A stretch of 64,000 nt of DNA, taken from NCBI GenBank assembly GCA_965214405.1, contig OZ243956.1:2464001-2528000 (forward strand). The letters run 5' to 3'. Positions 40,301-50,651 of the stretch are shown one piece after another. The stretch's first letter is position 1. The number at the start of each line of letters is the position of its first letter. A model generated the notes under the pieces. That model searched no databases. It had not been told where the DNA came from and saw only the letters and a program-made list of their open reading frames with translations. Both the position numbers and the translations under genes were made by a program. Source of the stretch: Trueperaceae bacterium. Lineage in GTDB: Bacteria; Deinococcota; Deinococci; Deinococcales; Trueperaceae.

Positions 40301-41857
40301 ATGACCCTTCCCTTTTGGCAACGCCTCAGCACCCGCTTGGCGGTGCTCATCCTCGTCATCGTCCTTGTGCTCGCGGGGGCCACGGCGGTGTTGCTCGTGC
40401 GGGGCTTTTCGCTCGTCACCACGAACGCGGCCCAGACGTCCACCGGGGTCGTGGACGTTTCGTCGGGTGTCAATATCGAGCCCGTGTCCAAATCTGATTT
40501 GCCGAGCATCGTGCGGGGCACGGTCATCAACCTTATTGCGATTTTTTTGCTCACGCTGGTTGGGGCGGCGCTCTTTAGCCGCACGCTCCTTACCGAGCCC
40601 ATTACCTCGTTGGCGGAGGCTGCGCAGGAGATTGGGGCGGGCAACCTCAGCGTGAGCCTGCCGGTAAACTCTCGGAGCGAATTGGGCGTGCTGGCGAGCA
40701 CCTTTAATATGATGGCGCGGAGTTTGGAGGCGCACACGCAGGATTTGCTCGAGGCCAACGAGGCGCTGCGGCGGAGCGAGGCGAGTTTAGAAAAACGCGT
40801 GCAGGAACGCACGCGCGAACTCGCCGCGCTCTTAGAGCTTTCCAACACCACCGCGCTGACGCTCGAGCTTACCCCCCTTCTAGAAACCACCTTTGACCGG
40901 CTGCGCGAAGTCGTCCCCTACCGCGCGGTGGGCGTGTTTGAGCGGCGCGGCCCCGAGAGCGCGCCCGAGCTAGAGAAAGTAGCCGAACGCGGCGCGCTCT
41001 CCCCCATTTCCGACGCCAGGTTACAAGAAGTGATGGCCCGCCGGGAACCCGTCACGCTTCCGGGCTCCATCAACCTTTTTCCCCTTATCGTGCGCGACCA
41101 GGCGGTGGGGGTGCTGGGGCTTGAGTGCGCCCCTCACGAAACTTTGAGCACGGAGCGGCTGCGGGTGGTCGCGGCCTTTGCGGCGCAGGCGGGCGTGGCC
41201 TTGGAGAACACCAAGCTGAGCGCGCAGGTGGGCGAGCGGGCTGCGTACGAGGAGCGCCAGCACTTAGCGCGCGAACTCCACGACTCCGTCTCGCAGGCTC
41301 TATATAGCATCGTCTTGGGCGCGCACGCCGCCAAGAAGCTTTTGGGTAGCGCCGACACTCCCGCAGACCCGCAGCGCGCGGCGGAGGCGCTTTCTTACGT
41401 GCAGAGCCTCGCCGAGGCGGGGCTGGCCGAGATGCGCGCGCTTATTTTCGAGCTGCGCCCGGACATCCTGGAGCGCGAAGGGCTCGCCGCCGCCTTGCGT
41501 AAACAGGCCGAGGCGGTGGGGGTGCGGCACGGGCTCGAGAGTGAGCTCGAGGCGAGCGAACCCACGCTCACTTTCCCCGCCAAACAGGCACTCTTCCGCG
41601 TGGCGCAAGAGGCGCTTCACAACGTTGTGAAGCACGCTCAGGCGCAGCACGTTACCGTAAAGCTCTGTCAAGAAGACGCGCAGGTCCACCTCACGATTCA
41701 AGACGACGGCGTCGGTTTCGAGACGGAGAGTCTTTTTCCGGGTCATTTGGGTCTCAAGGGAATGCGCGAACGCGTCGCGGCGTTGGGCGGCGAACTCACC
41801 TTGACGAGCGGGCCAGACGGCACCACCGTCGCCGCCACCGTGCCCGAGGGGGCTTAG
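40301..41857 (+). CDS. Sensor histidine kinase (HAMP, GAF-like, HisKA_3, HATPase)
   Basis: ERQHLARELHDSVSQ, QEALHNVVKHA, DDGVGF and GLKGMRER motifs. Confidence 0.95.
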   Translation: MTLPFWQRLSTRLAVLILVIVLVLAGATAVLLVRGFSLVTTNAAQTSTGVVDVSSGVNIEPVSKSDLPSIVRGTVINLIAIFLLTLVGAALFSRTLLTEPITSLAEAAQEIGAGNLSVSLPVNSRSELGVLASTFNMMARSLEAHTQDLLEANEALRRSEASLEKRVQERTRELAALLELSNTTALTLELTPLLETTFDRLREVVPYRAVGVFERRGPESAPELEKVAERGALSPISDARLQEVMARREPVTLPGSINLFPLIVRDQAVGVLGLECAPHETLSTERLRVVAAFAAQAGVALENTKLSAQVGERAAYEERQHLARELHDSVSQALYSIVLGAHAAKKLLGSADTPADPQRAAEALSYVQSLAEAGLAEMRALIFELRPDILEREGLAAALRKQAEAVGVRHGLESELEASEPTLTFPAKQALFRVAQEALHNVVKHAQAQHVTVKLCQEDAQVHLTIQDDGVGFETESLFPGHLGLKGMRERVAALGGELTLTSGPDGTTVAATVPEGA

Positions 41858-41861
41858 GAGC

Positions 41862-42464
41862 ATGAAGGACGCCAACCTTCGTCTTATCGGCGCGCTGCTC
41901 CTCGCGGCGGGCGCGTTTGTTTTCTTGGTGAATACAGGCATCTTTTGGGCGCTCCCCGCCTTTATCTGGTTCGCGTTTCTCCTGACGGTAGGCGCGGCTT
42001 TCTGGTTTAGCACGCCCTCGCTGCCCTTCTGGGGCCGCGTCGTCGGCTTCGTCCTCATCGGCGTGTTTGCCATCTCCACTTCAGGGAGGTTCGCCGGGAG
42101 CGCCGCGCTGGCTTTTCCCGCGCTCGCCTTTGCGCTTCTTTATCTCGACAACCCCAAACGCTGGTGGGCCGTCCTGCCCGCGGGGGTGTTGGGGAGCGTG
42201 GGCGCGCTCGTCACCACCGAGGTGCTTTTCGGCTGGGGCGGCGCGCCCGTGCTTTTTCTGGGCTTCGCGGCGACCTTTGCTTACCTTTACCTCCTGCCGA
42301 AAGAGAGGGGCGGCCAGCGCTGGGCGCTCTATCCGACGCTCGTCTCGATCATCCTCACGGTCATCGTCAACGACCCGAGCGGGCGCACACCGGGGTGGGT
42401 CTTGCCGCTCTTGCTGACGGGTGGGGGGGCGTTTATTTTGTGGTGGTGGCGGGATCGAAGGTAG
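41862..42464 (+). CDS. Multi-pass membrane protein
   Basis: WWAVLPAG and PVLFLGFAATFAYLY motifs shared with 38735-39475. Confidence 0.8.
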   Translation: MKDANLRLIGALLLAAGAFVFLVNTGIFWALPAFIWFAFLLTVGAAFWFSTPSLPFWGRVVGFVLIGVFAISTSGRFAGSAALAFPALAFALLYLDNPKRWWAVLPAGVLGSVGALVTTEVLFGWGGAPVLFLGFAATFAYLYLLPKERGGQRWALYPTLVSIILTVIVNDPSGRTPGWVLPLLLTGGGAFILWWWRDRR

Positions 42465-42472
42465 AAGACCCG

Positions 42473-42502
42473 AGTGGTTAGTGGTGAGTGATGAGTGGTT
42501 AG
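42473..42502. repeat. Heptamer tandem repeat (AGTGGTT-like x4)
   Basis: agtggtt agtggtg agtgatg agtggtt. Confidence 0.65.
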
Positions 42503-42780
42503 CAAAAGAAATGGGACGTGTCGTCCTGCGCGTTTAGACCTCGTTCTTGGCGGAGGTAACGCACTGCGTCGTTTTGAGTCACCTCACTAAGCGCTTTGAA
42601 GTCGTAATCGCCCAGTACACTGTCAAGAACGTCACCCAATTTGGGACGCACCACCGACACACGCACGCGGCTTCCCTCGAGCTCATAACGCACCGCGTCA
42701 CCGGGTCGGATTCGCAGCGCTCTACGCACCTCGGCGGGGAGCGTCAACTGATATTTGCTGCTTATTTTGCCGTAAAGCAC
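42499..42780 (-). CDS. Orphan AbrB/MazE antitoxin, paralog of 3911-4177
   Basis: About 70% identical to 3911-4177 by manual alignment; no toxin gene downstream. Confidence 0.85.
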   Translation of the reverse strand: MLYGKISSKYQLTLPAEVRRALRIRPGDAVRYELEGSRVRVSVVRPKLGDVLDSVLGDYDFKALSEVTQNDAVRYLRQERGLNAQDDTSHFFC

Positions 42781-42862
42781 GCCTCACCTCCTGCGCTTAT
42801 CTCCTGCACTTACCATCATGTTCCGCCCTTTTGAAGGGTTCAAACAGTGGGTGCTACTAACC

Positions 42863-43711
42863 TTAGCGGTGCAAGAGCACGGGCTGCTTCGTGCTTCTCA
42901 AGACCGCCTCGGTGGTCGAACCGAGCAGCCACGCGCGGATGCGCCCCTCGCCAAACGCGCCCATCGCCAGCAGGTCGCCCGGCTGCGCCTCGCCCAAAAT
43001 CGCCTCGACGGGGTCGCCCTGACGGGAAAGGGTGGTGACGTTGAGGCCCTGCGCGTCCATGTAACGCGTAACGCGCTCAAAGCGTTCTCTGGCCACCGCC
43101 TCGTCGTCGTGGGCGCTGAGCGCCGCCAGAGGCAGTGACAAGCGTTTGGCGAGTTCGGCGGCGTAATTCATCGTTTCGCTCGCGCGGCTCGAGCCGTCGT
43201 AACAGAGCAGCACGCGCTTAGGCTCCTCGAAACTCCCCGGCGCGATCAATACCGGGTCGGCGGCGGTGCGTAAAACACGCTCGGCCACCGCGCCCAAGCC
43301 GCCCGAATCGCGTGAGGAACTCGAGCCCTCCTCCGTCTGGTGCGTTTCCCCGTGGCGTCCTAAGATGATGAGGTCGCTCTCGCGGGCCGCCTCCAAAATT
43401 TCGGTCGCCGGGACGCCCGTACGCACCTCCGACCGCAGATTCACCCCCGCCTCCCGCACGTCCTCCTCGACCCGCGCCAACACGCGCTTGCCCTGGTCGC
43501 TCAGCACCTCTTGCATCTGGGTCGAAAAGTTCGTCACGGGCAGGCTCAGCGCGCCGTAGTCGGTCCAGTAGGGCATGTTGACCATGCGGGTATCGATCAC
43601 GAACACGGCGCTTAGCGCCGCGCCCAACTCTTTTGAAAGATAGGCTGCGTAGCTCACGGCGACTTTGGCGTTGTCTGAAGCGTCTACGGCGACTAAAAGC
43701 GAGCCAATCAT
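42863..43711 (-). CDS. Universal stress protein (tandem Usp domains)
   Basis: LLVAVDAS, DLIILGRHG...LGAVAERVLR and LLAMGAFG...LGSTTEAVLR motifs. Confidence 0.92.
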   Translation of the reverse strand: MIGSLLVAVDASDNAKVAVSYAAYLSKELGAALSAVFVIDTRMVNMPYWTDYGALSLPVTNFSTQMQEVLSDQGKRVLARVEEDVREAGVNLRSEVRTGVPATEILEAARESDLIILGRHGETHQTEEGSSSSRDSGGLGAVAERVLRTAADPVLIAPGSFEEPKRVLLCYDGSSRASETMNYAAELAKRLSLPLAALSAHDDEAVARERFERVTRYMDAQGLNVTTLSRQGDPVEAILGEAQPGDLLAMGAFGEGRIRAWLLGSTTEAVLRSTKQPVLLHR

Positions 43712-43776
43712 GAGAAGCCTCCCTGTTTGTTAACTCAAGTATACCGACCCTACGGTAAAAGCGGGCACCGCAACGT

Positions 43777-44217
43777 ATGGTAAAGACGATGGAACCCAGC
43801 GCCCACGATTCCCAAAAAGACTACAGCCTCGAGATGAACGTAAGCTCCAACCGCCTCCTCCGGGGGGTGTGGCTGGTGCTGGGCCTCCTCTTTACCGGCC
43901 TGGGCTTCGTCGGCGCGTTCTTGCCGCTGATGCCGACGACCGTCTTTTTACTTATTGCCGCCTTCTTTTTCGCGCGTAGCAGCCCGCGTTTTTACGCGTG
44001 GCTCTTGAATAACCGCATGTTCGGCTCCCTTATCCGCGACTGGCGCGCGGGGTTAGGGATGCCGCTACGGGCCAAAATCCTGGCGGTCACGCTGATCACG
44101 TTGACGATGGGCTCGAGCATCCTCATCATCCCCGTTCTCTGGGTCAGGCTCCTGCTCGCGTGTGTGGGCGTCGGCGTGAGCGCCTATCTCGTCACCCGCC
44201 CGACCAAAAAGTCATGA
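43777..44217 (+). CDS. YbaN (DUF454) membrane protein
   Basis: GAFLPLMPTTVFLLIAAFFFARSSPRF motif. Confidence 0.9.
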   Translation: MVKTMEPSAHDSQKDYSLEMNVSSNRLLRGVWLVLGLLFTGLGFVGAFLPLMPTTVFLLIAAFFFARSSPRFYAWLLNNRMFGSLIRDWRAGLGMPLRAKILAVTLITLTMGSSILIIPVLWVRLLLACVGVGVSAYLVTRPTKKS

Positions 44218-44867
44218 GCTGCTGCAATCCGAACGGTCTTGATGAGATGTTCGGCGGCTCCTACGTGGCGGCGGAGCGCCGCGCGTTTGAGCGGCGCGGC
44301 TTAAAAGAGCGGCAGAAAAGAATGTTGAGGGCGGTGGGTGACGCTGGCGGGCGGACGGTGCTCGACATTGGCGGCGGGTTTGGCGCGCTCAGTTTGACGC
44401 TTCTGGCAAGGGGCGCGGCGCGGGCGAGTCTTGTCGAGGTGTCGCGCGATTATTTAGAGGCCGCCCGCTTCCTTGCTGAGGCTAGGGGCGTAGGAGAAAA
44501 GATGGCGCTGTTAAGAGGAGATTTCGTCGCCGTAGAAACCCCACCCGCCGATATCGTTTTGCTCGACCGCGTCGTCTGCTGCTATCCCGACGTGAGAGCG
44601 CTCCTTACCAAAGCGGCCCGCCATAGCGAAGGGCTGCTGGTGCTGACGTACCCCAAACCGCGCCCACTCCTCAAATTGTTTCGCACGCTTCTCAACACGG
44701 GGATGCGAGTCTTTGGACGCACCTACCGTTTTTACCTGCATGACGAAGCGCGAATCCTCGAGGCCGCCACGAGCAGCGGTCATAAGAGGGTGCTGCACCG
44801 CTCTTTGGGGACATTTGGGGTGTGGCAGCTTTTGGTGCTCGAGCGCCCCTCACAACCCACGAGCTAG
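44214..44867 (+). CDS. Class I SAM-dependent methyltransferase
   Basis: VLDIGGGFG and LDRVVCCYPD motifs; ATGA overlap with the upstream gene. Confidence 0.85.
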   Translation: MSCCNPNGLDEMFGGSYVAAERRAFERRGLKERQKRMLRAVGDAGGRTVLDIGGGFGALSLTLLARGAARASLVEVSRDYLEAARFLAEARGVGEKMALLRGDFVAVETPPADIVLLDRVVCCYPDVRALLTKAARHSEGLLVLTYPKPRPLLKLFRTLLNTGMRVFGRTYRFYLHDEARILEAATSSGHKRVLHRSLGTFGVWQLLVLERPSQPTS

Positions 44868-44871
44868 TCCC

Positions 44872-46119
44872 TTACCGAACGAGTAGCGAGAGCATTTCAA
44901 TGTGGTGCGTGTGCGGGTAAAAATCAAAGGGCTGGGCGTGCTCGAGCCGCCACCCCGCCCCCACAAAGGCCGCCACGTCGCGCGCCCAGGTCGCCACGTC
45001 GCACGAGACGTAGACGAGGCGCGGGGCCTGGGAGTCGGTGAGCGTGCGCCGCACCTCCTTGTTGAGCCCCGCGCGGGGCGGGTCCACCGCGATGAGGTCG
45101 GTATGGGGGGGGACGACGAGCCGTTTGGCGTCTGCCTTGATGAACGTCAAGTTCCCAATAGCTAAGCGCGCCGCGTCCCGCTCGCCGCAGACCACGCTGC
45201 CGCGGTCAATCTCTAACGCCGTCACCCGCTCAAAGTTTTCGGCCAAGTGCATCCCGATAATTCCGCTTCCCGCGTACACGTCAAGCGCGAGCCCGCCCGA
45301 AGACGCAAGCGTTTGCAGGGATGTATAGAGTTCACCCGCCGCCGACGGGTTGGGTTGCGCGAAGTTGGTCGCGCTTACGCTGATATTAAAAGCCCCGTAG
45401 CGCTGCTCGATGCTCCGCGCCCCCGCCAGCCGCTCGCTGCCCCCGCGAAAGCGCCCGCGCGCGTCAAAGGGCGCGTAGCTCACCCCGGTGAGCCCCGCCT
45501 TGGTGAGTTCGTGCGCGAAAGGGACGAGCGTTTTTTCGGGAGCCGTCGCCACGAGCGAGGCCAGCACTTCGCCCTGGTCATTACCGCGAAGGACGACTTC
45601 ACGAACGCCTTTGGGCGCGTCAAGCCGTCCCCAAGCTTTCCACGCGTTATTGATGGCCTCGTTGGCGACCGGGTCGGACTCGAGCACCACCACCTCGTGA
45701 CTCTCCGGCTCGCGGTAACCCAAACCTCCACGCGTCACGGCGGGTTGGACGGCGTTGCGGTAGTGCCAGGGGCGGGGCGCAGGTCGCACGGGCGGTACTT
45801 GCACCTCACGTTTGAGCGCCCGCGACAGCGCGTCTCTCACCACCTCCTGCTTGAGCGCCAACTGTTTTTCGTAACGGATAAAAGAATAATCCAAACCGGG
45901 ATGTTCCGAAGCGGGCACGCGGTCGGGGGAGGCGGTAAACACACGCGTTACCCGGCCTTGCAGCACGCCGGAGCGCGCTTCTAACTCCGCCTCGACGCTT
46001 TCTCCAGGAATCCCGCCCCGGACGAGCGCGACGCGGCCCCCTTCAACGCGCGCCAAGGCCGCGCCGCCGTGGACGGGGCGCTCGAGCCTCAGCTCTACAA
46101 CAGAACCAGTCTTAGCCAC
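44872..46119 (-). CDS. TRAM-domain RNA m5U methyltransferase (RlmD-like)
   Basis: FAQPN, DVYAGSG, VDPPRAGL, YVSCDVAT and DFYPHTHHIE motifs. Confidence 0.88.
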   Translation of the reverse strand: MAKTGSVVELRLERPVHGGAALARVEGGRVALVRGGIPGESVEAELEARSGVLQGRVTRVFTASPDRVPASEHPGLDYSFIRYEKQLALKQEVVRDALSRALKREVQVPPVRPAPRPWHYRNAVQPAVTRGGLGYREPESHEVVVLESDPVANEAINNAWKAWGRLDAPKGVREVVLRGNDQGEVLASLVATAPEKTLVPFAHELTKAGLTGVSYAPFDARGRFRGGSERLAGARSIEQRYGAFNISVSATNFAQPNPSAAGELYTSLQTLASSGGLALDVYAGSGIIGMHLAENFERVTALEIDRGSVVCGERDAARLAIGNLTFIKADAKRLVVPPHTDLIAVDPPRAGLNKEVRRTLTDSQAPRLVYVSCDVATWARDVAAFVGAGWRLEHAQPFDFYPHTHHIEMLSLLVR

Positions 46120-46199
46120 AATACAGTCTAGCGTAGCCCGTCCTCTTGCAAACCGCGCCGCGCGCTAGTTGCGCGCTCCACTCTGCTATACTGGGCGGC

Positions 46200-46868
46200 A
46201 TGAAGCGATCCGTCCAAGAAATCATCGAACTATTGGTGTTTGCCCTCGTCGCCCTCCTCATCGGTACAGGCTTGCTCTGGGTTGTCGGCTGGCTCTTCGG
46301 CATCCTGGGCTTCGTGCTCAGGGAGGTGGCCGAATTTATCTGGTTTTTGCTCAAGTACATTATCCCGGTGGCGGTCATCGTCGCGGCGGTCTACGCGCTC
46401 ATCAAGCTCGCGCAGAACCAAAGCAGCCGCAGTCGCCAAGCCGCGCCCGCGGGCGCAGGCGCGGTGGGCTCGGGGCCGTCGGTCTACTCCGCACCGTCCC
46501 AATCGTCTGGCTCTAAATCGACGCTGAGCGAGTCGGTAAAAACCGCGCCGCAGCCCACCGTCACAGCCTCACCCGCGCCTGATACATCCAAAGAGAGCAC
46601 CCCCCCCAGGGTCGAGGCCGTGCCCGCCCCGGACGAACCGGATGAAGACGCCGACGAAGCGCCTGCGGCAGCGTCCTCGAGCGAGACCAAGCCTTCGGGG
46701 GAGGCCACGAAAACGTCCGCCAACCAAAAAACAGGGGACGCGCAAACGGCAGAGGCCGAGGCGGGACCCAGCGAGGGCTTTCAGGAGATGGTCGAGGACG
46801 AAGAGGGTCTGCCCGACGATGCGCAGGACAAAAAGAGCAGCGAAGACAAACGCAAAAAGGGTTCCTAA
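46200..46868 (+). CDS. Membrane protein with a long low-complexity C-terminal tail
   Basis: Hydrophobic N-terminus; S/P/E/A-rich tail; TATACT box before the ATG. Confidence 0.7.
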   Translation: MKRSVQEIIELLVFALVALLIGTGLLWVVGWLFGILGFVLREVAEFIWFLLKYIIPVAVIVAAVYALIKLAQNQSSRSRQAAPAGAGAVGSGPSVYSAPSQSSGSKSTLSESVKTAPQPTVTASPAPDTSKESTPPRVEAVPAPDEPDEDADEAPAAASSSETKPSGEATKTSANQKTGDAQTAEAEAGPSEGFQEMVEDEEGLPDDAQDKKSSEDKRKKGS

Positions 46869-46888
46869 GCTTTAGTGGCAAAAGTGTA

Positions 46889-46927
46889 AAAGAGGGCTCG
46901 AGCGTGGCTCGAGTCCTCTTTCTTTTT
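46889..46927 (+). terminator. Terminator whose arms both contain CTCGAG
   Basis: AAAGAGGGCTCGAGC-GTG-GCTCGAGTCCTCTTT followed by CTTTTT. Confidence 0.85.
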
Positions 46928-47107
46928 GAAGCCTTTGCGGGTGTCAAGTTGTGTTGAGCATTCAAGTGAAGGTTCAGCCTTTGACCAAAGCATTCATCTC
47001 CCTTAATCAAAAGGCTTGCTGAAGAACCGCCCCCTTGGCGCACGCTGCTTTACATGGTACATTGCAACCTGGAACTCAATCCAACGTCTTGATTCACAGG
47101 AGGACAC

Positions 47108-48661
47108 GTGGCAAGGAAATTTCTATTTTTGGTTCTGGGCCTACTACTTTTTGCCTCTCCCGCGCTCGCGCAGACGCTTCACCTGGCGACCAACGAAGAT
47201 TGGGAAACGCTCGACCCGGCGTTCGCCTCGGGCGTGCAAACGGGCGCGATTGTCGCAAAACTTTACGACGGGCTGATGCGCTACGCCTATAACAGCACCG
47301 AAGTGGTGCCCAACTTGGCCGAAAACGTCGAGGTCAACGACGACGCCACCGTGTTTACCATCACCCTGCGTGACGGCGTCACCTTTCACGACGGGTCGCC
47401 CCTGACGGCGGAAGACGTCAAATATTCTTTTGAACGCGTGCTGAACCCCGACACGGCGAGCCCGGTGTCTTGGGTGTTTGAGGACGCGGGCATCAGCGGG
47501 ATTGAGGCTTTTGTGAATGGCGAGGCCGACGGCGTCAGCGGTATCGAGGTGATGGACCCGCAAACGGTGCGCATCACGCTCGAGCAGCCCTACGCACCCT
47601 TCCTTTTTCACCTGGCAATGCCCGCCGCCCACATCGTCTCGCAAGCGGTGACGAGCGCGCTCGCGGAGGGGTCGGACTTGTCGAGCAATCCGGTCGGCAC
47701 GGGACCCTTTACCCTGGCTGACCGCGTGCGCGACTCGAGCCTCACCCTTAGCGCATACGAAGACTACTTCGCGGGCGCGCCCGCCGTCGATGAGGTGGAG
47801 TACCGCATCATTACCGACCCGCTCATCACTTGGCAGGAGTTTTCGGCCGGGAACTTGGACGTGGCCGCGGTGCCCGACGCGCTTTTTGGTGACATTACCA
47901 CCGACCCGCAGTTCGAGGACATGTTAATAACGCTCCCCGAACTGGCCGTCTACTACTTCGCGCTCAACCAGAGCTTCGAGCCCTTCCAGGACCTCAGAGT
48001 CCGCCGGGCCGTGGCGATGGCGATAGACCGTCAGGCGATCATCGACGGCATCTTCAACGGCAAAGACCTGCTCGCCAACTCGCCCATCCCGCCGGGCCTC
48101 GCGGGTTACGACGCCGAGCTGCAGGCTTATTCCTACGATCCCGAGATGGCGCGGCAGCTCCTCGACGAGGCAGGCTACGGGGACGGCTTCGACCTGACCA
48201 TCTGGTCCACCCGCACGCCCACGACCATCGCGGTGAACGAGGCCATCCAATTCTACTTGAGCGAAATAGGCATCCGCGCCGAACTCAACCAGGTCGACTT
48301 CGGCACGCTGCTCGACGCGGCCATCAACGGGCGCGCCCCCGCCTTTTACCTCTCCTGGTTCGCCGACTACGGCGACGCGTACAATTTCCTTCACCCGCTC
48401 TACGTCGCCAGCGGCGCCGACCGCTACGGCTACAGCAATTCGGAAGTGGCGGAGATTGTGGGAGAGGCGGCGACCAAAGGAGAACTCTCCGAGCGCGTGC
48501 CCCTCTACCAGGAGGCGCAGCGCCTTGTGGTCGAGGACGTTCCCGTGGTCTACATCCGCTACCCCGTCTCCTACTACGCGGTGCGCCCCGGCGTCACGGG
48601 CATCCTCAACCATCCCATCTTCAACGCCGACAAGTTTATGGAAGTCACCATCAGCAACTGA
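47108..48661 (+). CDS. Peptide/nickel ABC substrate-binding protein (family 5)
   Basis: TLDPA, LRDGVTFHDGSPLTAEDVKYSF, PVGTGPF and VRRAVAMAIDR motifs. Confidence 0.93.
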   Translation: MARKFLFLVLGLLLFASPALAQTLHLATNEDWETLDPAFASGVQTGAIVAKLYDGLMRYAYNSTEVVPNLAENVEVNDDATVFTITLRDGVTFHDGSPLTAEDVKYSFERVLNPDTASPVSWVFEDAGISGIEAFVNGEADGVSGIEVMDPQTVRITLEQPYAPFLFHLAMPAAHIVSQAVTSALAEGSDLSSNPVGTGPFTLADRVRDSSLTLSAYEDYFAGAPAVDEVEYRIITDPLITWQEFSAGNLDVAAVPDALFGDITTDPQFEDMLITLPELAVYYFALNQSFEPFQDLRVRRAVAMAIDRQAIIDGIFNGKDLLANSPIPPGLAGYDAELQAYSYDPEMARQLLDEAGYGDGFDLTIWSTRTPTTIAVNEAIQFYLSEIGIRAELNQVDFGTLLDAAINGRAPAFYLSWFADYGDAYNFLHPLYVASGADRYGYSNSEVAEIVGEAATKGELSERVPLYQEAQRLVVEDVPVVYIRYPVSYYAVRPGVTGILNHPIFNADKFMEVTISN

Positions 48662-48674
48662 GTCTCGCGTTTTT

Positions 48675-48706
48675 AGAGGAGGCGGCCCTGCGCCGTCTCC
48701 TCTTTT
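48675..48706 (+). terminator. Intercistronic hairpin/terminator after the binding-protein gene
   Basis: AGAGGAGGCGGC..GCCGTCTCCTCT followed by TTT. Confidence 0.7.
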
Positions 48707-48768
48707 GCGTGCTCAGGGCTCCCATCCCCGATCAAGATGCTGACTTCATATCAGATGCCGCTTATTTG

Positions 48769-49695
48769 ATGCTCGTTTATATTGTCAAGCGCCTTTTTGG
48801 AGCCGTCCCGGTCATTATTGGGATCAGCCTGCTCACATTTATTTTGATGATCCTAGCGCCCGGCGACCCCGTCCAAAAGCTTTTGGGTCAGCGCGCGAGT
48901 CCCGAGGCGGTGACTGAGCTGCGCGACCGCTTAGGGCTCAACGAGCCCGCGTACAAGCAGTATTTGCGAATTATGGGCAACGTTATCACGGGAGACTTGG
49001 GACGCTCGATTATCACCCGCGAACCCGTGGGGGAGGCCTTACGCACCCGCTTTCCCGTCACCCTAAAGTTGGCGCTCCTGGCGATGACCTTCTCGACGCT
49101 GCTCGGCGTGGCGGTCGGCGTCGTGTCGGCGGTGTTTCAGAACACGCTGCTGGACCGTGTCGCCATGTTCGTGACGCTTACGGGTATCAGCGTGCCTGTT
49201 TTCTGGTACGCGCTCATCGCTATTTTGCTCGTGATTTTCCAGTGGCGCTGGGTGCCGCAGACGGGTCTCGGCGACGGCTCGCTGCGTTACTACCTGTTGC
49301 CCGCTTTTGTGTTGGGCACGAGGGCAGCGGCCTTTATCGCTCGCATCACTCGCTCGACAATGCTCGAGATCATCCGCCAGGACTTCATCCGCACCGCCAG
49401 AGCCAAGGGACTCTCCGAACGTATCGTCATCGTCAAACACGCCTTTCGCAACGTGCTCATCCCCGTCGTCACGGTGATCGGCCTCGATTTGGCCTCTTTT
49501 ATTGACGGGGCTTACCTGACCGAGTACGTGTTCAATATCCCGGGGATGGGCCGCTACGGCTTGGTCGCGCTTCTTAACCGCGACCTGCCCGTGATGATTC
49601 CGCTTGTCATCTACACCGCCACCCTGTTTATCGTCGCCAACCTCCTGGTGGACCTGCTCTACGCGGTCATCGACCCGCGGATACGGTACGACTGA
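48769..49695 (+). CDS. Peptide ABC permease (DppB/OppB-like)
   Basis: APGDP, GDLGRS, RTARAKGL and DPRIRY motifs. Confidence 0.92.
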   Translation: MLVYIVKRLFGAVPVIIGISLLTFILMILAPGDPVQKLLGQRASPEAVTELRDRLGLNEPAYKQYLRIMGNVITGDLGRSIITREPVGEALRTRFPVTLKLALLAMTFSTLLGVAVGVVSAVFQNTLLDRVAMFVTLTGISVPVFWYALIAILLVIFQWRWVPQTGLGDGSLRYYLLPAFVLGTRAAAFIARITRSTMLEIIRQDFIRTARAKGLSERIVIVKHAFRNVLIPVVTVIGLDLASFIDGAYLTEYVFNIPGMGRYGLVALLNRDLPVMIPLVIYTATLFIVANLLVDLLYAVIDPRIRYD

Positions 49696-49708
49696 TGGGG
49701 AGACGCTG

Positions 49709-50614
49709 ATGGACGCGGACGTTCGCACGCAAACGCCGGACACCGAGCCCGCCCAGGCGGACGCCGCGTCGCTCTCGGCGTTTGGCATCGCCTGGCGGCG
49801 CATCCGCCGTGACCCCGGCGCGTTGCTGGCGTTGGGGATTATCTTGGTTCTCGTCGCTGTGGCGGCGCTCGCGCCTCTCGTCTCACCTTATGACCCGACC
49901 AGACCGGACTTGAGCCTCGGCTTCCGGGCCGCGCCGCCCAGTGAGGCGCACCTGTTGGGCACCGACCGCGCGGGGCGCGACGTGCTCTCTCGCCTCATCT
50001 ACGGCGCGCGTATAAGTCTTCTTATCGGTTTCGGTTCGCAAATCCTCTCACTCGTGTTGGGCATCGTGTTCGGCCTTTTAGCGGGCTTTTTTGGCGGCGT
50101 CACTGACACCATTATTTCCCGCCTTATCGAGATTTTGCAGGCCTTCCCGAGTCTGCTCTTTATCATCGTGCTGTCGGTCTCGATCGGGCCGGGGCTGCTC
50201 ACCGCCTACATCGCTTTGGGCATCGTCGGCTGGGCGGGGGTGGCGCGCATCGTGCGCGGCTCGGCGCTAAGCCTAAGAAACGCGGAGTACGTGGAGGGAG
50301 CCAGGGCTCTCGGGGCGGGTCCCTCGCGGCTCATCTTCCGTCACATCTTGCCCGGCACCCTGCCAAGTCTTATTGTCATCTACACCATCGGCGTGGGCGG
50401 GGCCATTATTGGCGAGGCGACGCTCTCCTTTTTGGGCTTGGGCGTCAAGCCGCCGACGCCCTCGTGGGGGCAAATGATTGCCGACGGTCAGAGCTACCTC
50501 ACCTCGGCCTGGTGGATGAGCGTGTTTCCAGGCTTAGCGGTGGCGGTGGTGGTCATCGCTTTTAACTTCTTGGGCGATACGTTGCGCGACGCGCTTGACC
50601 CGCGGATGCGGTAG
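49709..50614 (+). CDS. Peptide ABC permease (DppC/OppC-like)
   Basis: LLGTDRAGRDVLSRLIYGARISL, LSFLGLG, PSWG and LRDALDPR motifs. Confidence 0.92.
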   Translation: MDADVRTQTPDTEPAQADAASLSAFGIAWRRIRRDPGALLALGIILVLVAVAALAPLVSPYDPTRPDLSLGFRAAPPSEAHLLGTDRAGRDVLSRLIYGARISLLIGFGSQILSLVLGIVFGLLAGFFGGVTDTIISRLIEILQAFPSLLFIIVLSVSIGPGLLTAYIALGIVGWAGVARIVRGSALSLRNAEYVEGARALGAGPSRLIFRHILPGTLPSLIVIYTIGVGGAIIGEATLSFLGLGVKPPTPSWGQMIADGQSYLTSAWWMSVFPGLAVAVVVIAFNFLGDTLRDALDPRMR

Positions 50615-50651
50615 AAGGAACCAAGAACAACGCATCTGCTACACTTGTTTT

